NCBI GenBank assembly: GCA_944368215.1
Contig: CALVWX010000005.1
Span: forward strand, 32,481 to 96,480
DNA from: an uncultured Clostridia bacterium
Lineage (GTDB): Bacteria; Bacillota; Clostridia; Christensenellales; Borkfalkiaceae
DNA: 64,000 bases
Reading direction: 5' to 3'
The notes under the pieces are model-generated. The model made no database searches. It was given only the letters and a program-made list of their open reading frames with translations, and was not told where the DNA came from. The position numbers and the translations under genes were made by a program. Below are positions 42,885-51,200 of the stretch, one piece after another (position 1 is the stretch's first letter; every line of letters begins with the position of its first letter).

Positions 42885-44360
42885 ATGACTGCAGGCGAAA
42901 TTGCCTTAGCACTCGTATTACAGGTAGTGCTCATTGCTCTCAACGCTATCTTCGCAAGCGCGGAAATAGCCGTTATCTCTGCAAACGCTACCAAAATGGA
43001 AAAACTTGCCGAAGACGGCAACAAGCGCGCAAAACGCATATGCCGTCTTACCAAAAACTCTTCCAAATTCCTATCTACCATTCAGGTTGCCATAACGCTG
43101 GCGTCCCTGCTCGGCTCCGCGTTCGCGGCCGACAGCTTCGCCGAACCACTCGCCACGGCAATAGTGGGGGCAAACAGCCAGTACTACAGCGTCGTCAGCA
43201 CTATCTGCATGATAGTCATAACGCTCATCCTTTCGTACTTTTCAATAGTATTCGGCGAACTCGTGCCCAAGCGCATAGCCATGCGCAATGCCGAAAAACT
43301 TTCGCTCATTCTCTCGGGCATACTCAACTTCGTATCTTACGCCTTCGCGCCTTTCGTATGGCTCCTCACAGTCTCAGCCAACGGTATACTTCGCCTCTTC
43401 GGCATCAAACCTGAAGACACGGGTGAGGAAGTTTCCGAAGAGGATATCAAGCTCATGGCCGAAGCCGGCAGCGAAAAGGGCTCCATAGACGAAAACGAAA
43501 ACGAATTCATTCAGAACATCTTCGAATTCAAGGAAAACGACGTCGGCGAAGTCTGTACGCACAGAAAAGATGTAGACTTCCTCTTCGAACGCGACGACCC
43601 CTCCGTCTGGGAGGAGACGATAAAGCAGTCCAGCCATACATATTACCCTGTCTGCGGCAAGGATACAGACGACGTAATAGGCGTTCTGAATACCAAAATT
43701 TACTTCCGCTTAAACGATAAATCAAAGGAAAACGTCCGCCGGCAGGCCGTCATGCCCCCCGTTTTCATCTCCGAAACAATGCAGGCCGACGATCTGTTCT
43801 ACCGCATGAAGACGACGCGCGAATATTTCGCCATCGTGCTCGACGAATACGGCGGAATCAACGGTATAGTAACCTTGCACGACCTTTTGGAGCTTCTCGT
43901 CGGCGACCTGAACGAAAAAGGCGAAGCTCCTGAATACGAAATCAGGCAGATTTCAGAAGATACATGGGAGGTAACAGGCCTCGCGCCCTTCGACGAAGTG
44001 GAGGAGGCCATGGACTTGAAGCTCTCCGAAGACGAGGACAACGACTTCGAAACATTTGCAGGCTACGTCTGCGAAATGCTCGGCTCCGTGCCCGACGACG
44101 GCACCACGTGCGAATGCGAAAACGATTACGTTAAGGTCGATGTGCTCCTCGTCGACGAGCACCGCATCGAAAAAATGCGCATAACCAAAAAGGCTAAACC
44201 CGCGGTCGAAGAAGAGGAAGAGGACGACGACAAAAAATTCCGCCTCTTCAAGAAGGCTGAAAAGGATGACGAGGACGAAAATGACGACAAGGCTGAAAAG
44301 AGTGAAGCTTCCCCGGAGGAAGTCGTCCCCGTTCCCACCGACGAACCGGGCGGCGACTGA
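42885..44360 (+). CDS. CNNM/DUF21-CBS-CorC_HlyC family transporter (hemolysin-family protein, putative Mg/Co efflux)
   Basis: 491 aa with an N-terminal DUF21 4-TM (NAIFASAEIAVIS), a CBS pair and a CorC C-domain, then a ~70-aa acidic tail (EEEEEDDDKK...DDEDENDDK). Confidence 0.85.
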   Translation: MTAGEIALALVLQVVLIALNAIFASAEIAVISANATKMEKLAEDGNKRAKRICRLTKNSSKFLSTIQVAITLASLLGSAFAADSFAEPLATAIVGANSQYYSVVSTICMIVITLILSYFSIVFGELVPKRIAMRNAEKLSLILSGILNFVSYAFAPFVWLLTVSANGILRLFGIKPEDTGEEVSEEDIKLMAEAGSEKGSIDENENEFIQNIFEFKENDVGEVCTHRKDVDFLFERDDPSVWEETIKQSSHTYYPVCGKDTDDVIGVLNTKIYFRLNDKSKENVRRQAVMPPVFISETMQADDLFYRMKTTREYFAIVLDEYGGINGIVTLHDLLELLVGDLNEKGEAPEYEIRQISEDTWEVTGLAPFDEVEEAMDLKLSEDEDNDFETFAGYVCEMLGSVPDDGTTCECENDYVKVDVLLVDEHRIEKMRITKKAKPAVEEEEEDDDKKFRLFKKAEKDDEDENDDKAEKSEASPEEVVPVPTDEPGGD

Positions 44361-44402
44361 TTTGTCGGGTAATCCTAACGGCAAATGACATTTTCTCTTT
44401 TA

Positions 44403-44492
44403 AGCCTCCCCTGCCAGATGGGAATTGCGCCCCCAAGCCTCCCCTGCCAAGGGGAGGTGGTTTTGCCAAAGGCAAAACCGGAGGGGTTTGTC
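44403..44492 (+). repeat. Family B-type repeat modules
   Basis: AGCCTCCCCTGCCAGATGGGAATTGCGCCCCC, then AAGCCTCCCCTGCCAAGGGGAGGTGG...CCGGAGGGGTTTG. Confidence 0.65.
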
Positions 44493-44529
44493 CTTATAAT
44501 TAATTTTCCGCTGTCCGTCGCTTCGCTCC

Positions 44530-44557
44530 GAGATCTTTCGACCATGCTCAAGATGAC
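44530..44557. repeat. Family A right-arm fragment
   Basis: GAGATCTTTCGACCATGCTCAAGATGAC. Confidence 0.6.
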
Positions 44558-44619
44558 ATCGGAAAAGGCCGCCGCGCGAGGATTCGCGCGGCGGCCTTAA
44601 TATATCTTTGCTATGTAAT

Positions 44620-45600
44620 TTAAACCGGTATTTCAAAGGGGTTGTCCCTGCCTTCGCCGAAGGCCGAAAGGCTCTTGAGCGCGCATTCCACCATGGCGGT
44701 GGTCGCCTCTTCGGTGAAGAACGCATAGTGCGATGTGAATATTACGTTGGGGAACTGCTTCAAATAGAACACGTCGCGCTTGTTTACAATCCTCGCGCGC
44801 AAATCTATGTGTGCAATGCCTTCTTCCTGCTCTATGGTGTCCAGCCCCGCGCCGCCGATCTTTTCGCTCTCGAGCGCGGCGATTAAAGCGTCGGTGTCTA
44901 TAAGTCCGCCGCGCGCGGTGTTTATAATGAGCACGCCGTCCTTCATTTTGGAAATAGCCTCGGCGTCTATCATGTGATGGTTGGAGGGGGTGAGGGGTAC
45001 GTGCAGCGAAATTATATCGCTCTCCCTGTAAATGGTGTCAAGGTCGCAAAAAGTCGCGCCGCTAACGTGGTCTTTTGCATACGGGTCATAAGCCAGTACT
45101 TTGCAGCCGAATCCCTGCAGGTTGCCTATAACCGCGCGCCCGATTTTTCCCGCGCCGATAACGCCTATGGTCAGGTTGCGCATCTCCTTGCCGCACATTC
45201 CGTCCAACGAAAAGTCGTTTACAAGCGCGCGGCAGACCGAAATTTTAGCCTTTCTCAAAAGCATAAGCATGAGCATAACGGCAAAGTCGGCCACGTTGTA
45301 GGGCTCGTAATATGCGTTGCTCACGCGCACGTCGTACTTTTTGCACGCCTCCAAATCGATATGGTTGAATCCCACGGTGCGCGTCGCAAGGTACTTCACG
45401 CCCAGTTCGGCAAGCTTTTTAATCATGGGCTCGGAAAGGTCGCTGAACCCCAGCGTCGTCACGCCCTCGCAACCCTTTACAAGGCCGACGTTTTCCGCCG
45501 TCATGTTGTCGGCGTACAGCGCAACTTCAAGGCCGTAATCTTTGGCCCTTTCAAAATCTTTGAGTTCGTATTCTTTTACTTCAAAAGCTGCAATTTTCAT
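44620..45600 (-). CDS. ldhA: D-lactate dehydrogenase / D-isomer-specific 2-hydroxyacid dehydrogenase
   Basis: ATG at 45600, 8 nt after AGGAGA (MKIAAFEVKEYE). NAD motif GVIGAGKIGRAV and a catalytic region (PLTPSNHHMI, TARGGLID, TSHYAF). Confidence 0.85.
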   Translation of the reverse strand: MKIAAFEVKEYELKDFERAKDYGLEVALYADNMTAENVGLVKGCEGVTTLGFSDLSEPMIKKLAELGVKYLATRTVGFNHIDLEACKKYDVRVSNAYYEPYNVADFAVMLMLMLLRKAKISVCRALVNDFSLDGMCGKEMRNLTIGVIGAGKIGRAVIGNLQGFGCKVLAYDPYAKDHVSGATFCDLDTIYRESDIISLHVPLTPSNHHMIDAEAISKMKDGVLIINTARGGLIDTDALIAALESEKIGGAGLDTIEQEEGIAHIDLRARIVNKRDVFYLKQFPNVIFTSHYAFFTEEATTAMVECALKSLSAFGEGRDNPFEIPV

Positions 45601-45790
45601 AAGCAAATTCTCCTGTACCTACATACAATACCACGCGCGCGCCCTTTTGTCAACTTCATAAGTCGCTCCCCGCGCCGCTAATTGTCTGTCTTGGCGCTTT
45701 CAGCGCAAAAAAGCCGCGCATTTTGCCTTCGGCGGCGTATATTTCGCTCCGTTTTGCGCCGCCGCTTTTTTCTTCGGGCATATAAAAGCA

Positions 45791-45819
45791 TTGCAAAAAA
45801 CTTTTGCGTCTGTTATAAT
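45791..45819 (+). promoter_or_regulatory. Near-consensus sigma-A promoter for the exonuclease gene
   Basis: TTGCAA(45791-45796)-17 nt-TATAAT(45814-45819). The ATG at 45828 is only 8 nt after the -10. Confidence 0.55.
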
Positions 45820-45827
45820 AGTAGGGT

Positions 45828-46778
45828 ATGAATTTAGTCTTTTTCGATATTGAATGCGCAAGCGTCCATAAAACCACGGCAAAAATCTGCGCGTTCGGTT
45901 ACGTCGTATGCGACGAAAAATTCAATATCATAAAAAAAGAGGACATCCTCATCAACCCCAAGGGCGGCTTTCACCTCACCGACAGGCGGGGCGAAAAGGG
46001 GCTTGAACTGCCATACGACTACGCCGAATTCAAAAAGCATCCGCCCTTCCCCGCGGTATACTCCTTTATAAAGGAGCTTTTGGAGGATAAAAACAACCTC
46101 GTGTTCGGCCACGCCATTTTGAACGACGTTAAATATCTTGATTTGGAAACGCGCCGTTTTCACCTGCCGTCCTTCAATTTCAGCTTTTCCGACAGTCAGA
46201 TAATGTACATGACCCACGTAAACGATTTCTCGCGGCAGTTCGGGCTCGAATACATAACGGCCAACCTCAATGTCGAATTTACGCCCCACCGCGCCGCAGA
46301 CGACGCCTACGCCACCATGAAGATAGTAGAAGAGCTCTGCCGCCTGCGCGGCGTTTCTCCTCTGAATTTGGAGGCCGACCTCGGCGTTACCCGCGGAAAA
46401 ATAAGCGAACACAACGTGGTTAAGCCCACCTCGGCCGCCTTCGACAAATACGTAAAGGAGCGCGAGGAGGCGAGGGAGAGGCGCAGTTTAAACCGCACCA
46501 AATTTTACATTTACTTAAGCCGCCGCAAACGCAAAAAGAACGGCCCCCTTTACGGTCAGGTATTCACCTTTTCGCGCAATATCGAAGACGACGTCGACCT
46601 TTCAATCCCCCTCGTCGGCGCCATTTACGAGGGAGGCGGCGCCTATTCTCAAAAACTTAACGACTGCACAATCTACGTCTGCGAGGAAGACGACGGCACC
46701 GTCCGCACCAAAAACGCCCGCCAGCTCGGCGATATGCATATAATCAACGTTGAGCAGCTCAAGGAGATGTTGAAGTGA
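45828..46778 (+). CDS. DEDDh 3'-5' exonuclease domain protein with C-terminal BRCT-like domain
   Basis: Exo motifs FFDIECAS, GHAILNDVKYL, HRAADDAYAT. The C-terminal ~85 aa (LYGQVFTFS...GGGAYSQKL...CTIYVC...KNARQLGDMHIINVEQL) fit a BRCT pattern by eye. Confidence 0.7.
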   Translation: MNLVFFDIECASVHKTTAKICAFGYVVCDEKFNIIKKEDILINPKGGFHLTDRRGEKGLELPYDYAEFKKHPPFPAVYSFIKELLEDKNNLVFGHAILNDVKYLDLETRRFHLPSFNFSFSDSQIMYMTHVNDFSRQFGLEYITANLNVEFTPHRAADDAYATMKIVEELCRLRGVSPLNLEADLGVTRGKISEHNVVKPTSAAFDKYVKEREEARERRSLNRTKFYIYLSRRKRKKNGPLYGQVFTFSRNIEDDVDLSIPLVGAIYEGGGAYSQKLNDCTIYVCEEDDGTVRTKNARQLGDMHIINVEQLKEMLK

Positions 46779-48049
46779 CTGACCTCCCAGCAGCCTTTGT
46801 AAAAAGAATGACGGCCGACCTCGGCGGCGAGGCGCCCGCATTCTTCGCCTCGTATAATTTCCCCGCCGCAAAGGGCATACGCGTAAACACGCTAAAGACT
46901 ACGGTCGAAAATTTCAAAAAAATTTCGCCATTTGCCCTTCAGCCCGTGCCGTGGGAGAGCGCGGGTTTTTACGTTACCGACGAAAAGCCCGGCAAAACTC
47001 CCCTCCACGCCGCGGGCGTCTATTACGTTCAGGAACCTTCGGCCATGTGCGCCGCACCTCTTCTTAAAGTCAGGCCCGGCGAACGCGTGCTCGACTTGTG
47101 CTCCGCTCCTGGCGGCAAGGGCACGCAGCTCGCCCAGTCCATGTGCGGACAGGGCACCATATATCTTAACGAAATCAATTTTTCCCGCGCAAAAATTCTT
47201 TCGGCCAACGTCGAGCGCCTCGGCATAAAAAACGCCGTCGTCACATGCGCTTCGCCCGAAGAGCTGGCAAAACATTTCGTCGGCTTTTTCGATAAAATCC
47301 TCGTCGACGCACCCTGCTCGGGCGAGGGCATGTTCAAAAAGGAACCTCTCGCCATAGGCGAGTGGAGCGAGGAAAACGTCGCAATGTGCGCCGCGCGTCA
47401 GGCAGATATTCTCGGTTGCGCCGCGCGCATGCTCGCGCCCGGCGGCCTCCTCGTCTATTCAACCTGCACCTTTTCACATGAAGAGGACGAGGGTCAGACG
47501 CGCGCATTTCTCGCCGCGCATAATAATTTTGAACTTATCGAAGAGCACAAACTCCTGCCCCACAAAGTGCGGGGGGAGGGGCACTACGCCGCTCTGTTCC
47601 AAAAGACCGAAGGCGAGCGGGCGGAGGCAAAGCAGGAAAAACCCCGCGCAGACAAAAAGGCCGAACAAGCCTTTGCGCAGTTTGCAAAAAGTTGCCTCAA
47701 CGTAGAATTTTCCCACCTTCACACGGTTGGCGACAGGCTCTACAGCCTGCCCGAATTCTACGCCCGTCTGCCCGTGCAGATAGTCCGCGCCGGCGTCTGC
47801 CTCGGCCAGCTCGCAAAGGACAGGTTCGAACCCTCCCACTCGCTCGCAATGTGCTTAAAGGAGGGCGAGGCAAGGTTTATCCCGGTCGATTGCGACACAG
47901 CCTTAAAATACCTCGGCGGCAACACCTTTGAATGCGCCCGCGATATCTCGGGTTGGGCTGTCGTCTCCTACCTCGGTTTTCCCCTCGGCTGGTGCAAGGT
48001 GACGGGCGGCGTCGCCAAAAACCACCTCCCCAAGGGCCTGCGCATATAA
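46775..48049 (+). CDS. rsmF: RsmB/RsmF-family rRNA cytosine-C5 methyltransferase
   Basis: 424 aa with SAM motif RVLDLCSAPGGKGTQLA, catalytic motifs DAPCSGEGMF and YSTCTF, and a C-terminal PUA-like extension. Confidence 0.82.
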   Translation: MTDLPAAFVKRMTADLGGEAPAFFASYNFPAAKGIRVNTLKTTVENFKKISPFALQPVPWESAGFYVTDEKPGKTPLHAAGVYYVQEPSAMCAAPLLKVRPGERVLDLCSAPGGKGTQLAQSMCGQGTIYLNEINFSRAKILSANVERLGIKNAVVTCASPEELAKHFVGFFDKILVDAPCSGEGMFKKEPLAIGEWSEENVAMCAARQADILGCAARMLAPGGLLVYSTCTFSHEEDEGQTRAFLAAHNNFELIEEHKLLPHKVRGEGHYAALFQKTEGERAEAKQEKPRADKKAEQAFAQFAKSCLNVEFSHLHTVGDRLYSLPEFYARLPVQIVRAGVCLGQLAKDRFEPSHSLAMCLKEGEARFIPVDCDTALKYLGGNTFECARDISGWAVVSYLGFPLGWCKVTGGVAKNHLPKGLRI

Positions 48050-48154
48050 GCGCAATGGGACAGGGCATTGAGCTTAAAAAGCTGAATTCCGCGTAAATAT
48101 CATAAATTGTAACTGTGCGCATTATAAAAATCAGATAAACGGCATATGCATACA

Positions 48155-48197
48155 GACGGCGCGCCCGCAACCTAAGTTGCGGGCGCGCCGTCTTTTT
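48155..48197. terminator. Bidirectional terminator between rsmF and the large surface-protein gene
   Basis: GACGGCGCGCCCGCAAC-CTAA-GTTGCGGGCGCGCCGTC followed by TTTTT. Confidence 0.85.
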
Positions 48198-48228
48198 ATA
48201 TCTCTTTTATCGCAGCTTATAAAAAATT

Positions 48229-48261
48229 GGCGGCGCGGAAAAATTCCGCGCCGCCGTTTTT
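48229..48261. terminator. Bidirectional terminator downstream of the minus-strand large gene
   Basis: An A-run, then GGCGGCGCGG-AAAAATT-CCGCGCCGCC, then GTTTTT. Confidence 0.85.
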
Positions 48262-48282
48262 CAGCCCTTAAAGGGGCTTTGT

Positions 48283-51200
48283 TCAGTTGTTGTCGGAACC
48301 GTCGCCGTCATCTGCGGGGCCGTCCGCATTGCCTTCTTCGGAGCTTTCGCTTTCAGCCTCACCGGCATTTCCGTCCGTTTCTTCAACGTTTGCTTGGGGC
48401 TGTTCTTCCGCGGGGGTGTCGGTCTGTCCGTCGGTCGTTTCGCCGCCCTCGTTTTCATCCCTTACGGTCGTCTCGCCGTGCTCTTTTACGTACGTCCTCA
48501 CGTAGCGCCTGTTCTTCTTGTAGTTATAGGTGTTCTTGCCTGCCTGCGGCCTTGCCTTAACCTTCTTTCTGAGGTCTCTCAAAAGCAGTACGGCAATGGC
48601 AATGAGTATGGCAACGACCATAACTATCGAAGATACCAACAACCATATGTTGGTCGTGTCGGCGGGGGTGGTCGTCGTGTCTTCTTCGTCGTCGGTCACG
48701 TCCGAAGAGTTGGTCATCGAAATATCCTTGTCAGTCGTAGAATAGTCGATGAACATGTTGACTAGAGGTGAACCGCTGACCGTGGCATTGCCTTCAGCGT
48801 CGTAGCGCAGCATGTCTTCAACTTTTAAAACGGCAAGCTCTTCCGAATAATCGCTGTAAGCGTAGTTGTATCCGCTTTCGCCCTCTTCTGCCGTGTCGGC
48901 ATTGAAGGGTATATAGCTCGTCGAATCGTAAAGGGTGTAGGTGTAATACTCTGCAATATAATTGTAAAGGTTTACGTCAACGCCCTTTTCTGCTGCCAGA
49001 GCTTCGTAGTAGGCGATGTTCTCGTCGTTCGAATCGAACACAATGGAGCTGTCGGCTGCCCTGAGCGCATTCCGGTAAGCTTCGATTATGTTGCCCGAGT
49101 AGTGGGAGATGAGCGACGAATAGGTGTCTTCATCTAGCGAAACTGCGCTGTAATCAAACATTACATAGCTTCCGTCGAGCACGCCTTCCGAAGTCTGCTC
49201 GTCGCGGCTGCCGCTCCAGAGCTCCAGTCTGTAGCTCTTTTCGACGCTGCCGGAGTGAACGAAGAAGTTTACGGTCACCCACTTGCCCGCAATTTCGGGG
49301 TTTGCAATGGCGTCTACCGTAAGCGCGTAAGGATTGCTCTCACCGCCCGTGTAGCGGGGAACCGCCACGTTGGTGTCAAACGCTTTTATCTGTCTTTCGG
49401 TGTCGACTTCGCCGTCTACAAAATAGTTGTAAACCACGCCGCCGTCCACGCCGGATACATACGAATATACTCTGTCGCCGTCGTCCGTCACAAGATAGTG
49501 GGGGGCGTAGGCCGTTTTTTGTGCGTCTGCGTAATAAATTTCGCCCTCGACGAGGTTGTCGAACGCTACAGCGTTGCCCTGTGCGTCGAAGTAGTTTGCG
49601 CGCTCGTCAAAGTACTCGTGCGCAAGGTTGTAAAGGTTTGCATACAGGTTGCCGTTTTCGTCCTCGTAAAGTCCGTCGTCGCGCAGGGTGTACGCAATGT
49701 TTGCGCGCTGCTGTTCTCTCGTCCAGTCTTCGTCGGGCTCGCCTTTTAAAACGTTGCCGTCGTTGTCGTACCAGAAGGTATAGGCGGGTGTGTTGAACGA
49801 AAGGGGCTGTTTTGTCGCAGTGTCTACAAGGTAAACGGTTGCCTTCGCGCCTTCGGAAACTTTTACCCTTACGCTTATTGCAAGATAGCTGTCTGCGCTT
49901 ACGGATGAATCGCTTCCTATATAACCGTAATTATATACCGCCGTCCTTTCCGCGAACGTCCTCGCCGTGTTTACTATAAGCAGCGGCTGTGTCACCGTTG
50001 CGCCCACGGCCGTGTCCCATGTCGCATTTTCGCCGAACAGAGCGTCGAGTATGGTGCTGTTTTCTACTTGGTCGAGAAGATGCGAATAAGCGGTCTTGTA
50101 AGCGTCAAAGTTGTCTTTGTTTATAAGTCCCGCCAAGTCGTAGTTGTTGACTCTGTCGTAGTCGGAAACTTCAACGGGCACGTTCTGAACTGAAGCGCTT
50201 CCGCCGTTGACGCCCTTATAGGAGGAAGGAACGGCGATTTCCGAATCTATCTGTCCCGAATACAGGGGATCGTCTATGTTGGTCGAATCGGATGCCTCTT
50301 CGGTTATCGAAAGCGCAGCCGCTCTCGTCTCTGTGTCGGCATAACCGAAGGCCGTTTCGTCCACGCTGAGCACCGAAATATTTGCAATCGCATACCAGCC
50401 GCCGTAATAGTCGGAAGAAGTAGTGCTCTTTATCGTCGTGGCGCCATAATTGATTACAAGCTCGAACGACTCGCTGCCTATAAGGTCTTCCGAGCACGAA
50501 ACGAGTGCAAAGCACTGTACCCAGCCGTTGTAAACGTCCTCTGTGTCGTTTATGGTAACGGGGTCAACCGTCGTCGAATCTACCTGGAACGAAGCTTCGT
50601 TTTCGGAGTCGCCCGTCTGTCTCGCCGTAACGGTGACGGTGTTTGCGTCGGTGAGTTCGTCGGTCTTTATCCAGAACGATACAATCTTGTATCCGCTGTC
50701 GCCTTCGGAGAATGTGAAGGAGGGGTCGGAGATGACCGCTTCGTAAGCCGCGCCTCTCGCGCTGAGCATCAAAAGCACGTCCGCCGTCCCGTCTGTCGCG
50801 GGAAGTTCGGCCGCAGTCTTAAGCTCATCCTCCAGCACGGCGCCGTATCTGCTTTCAAGGCTCCACGTCCACGAACTGTCTATTTCTAATTTGGCAATTA
50901 TGTCGTCGGCGACGTTTATGTTGAGGTCTTTGTTGAGGTAAGTCGTCTGATTGCTCTGCGGCTTGGTCAGGCCGCTGTATGTCGCCGAACCGTTTCCTCT
51001 GCTGCTTACATATCCGTCGTCGTCGACCGTCAGGTCAACTTTAAGGTTGTCATCGCTTAAAATTACGTTGTCGCGCTGACCGCTTGCCGTCTGCGAAGCC
51101 GATGTCGCGAGGTCTATATAGTAGTAATAATTGTTGCTGTACTGTTCGACGGGCGAAGGCAGCTGGTTGTAGATGGCCTTGTCCACGGGGAAAATCTTTT

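Noticed and set aside
35401-45600. Vancomycin-resistance-like combination of ddl with a VanH-like D-lactate dehydrogenase
   Set aside because: The genes are ~8 kb apart on opposite strands and separated by icd, the hydrogenase operon and the CorC gene. There are no vanX, vanR or vanS genes. ddl sits in a housekeeping murF-ddl context.
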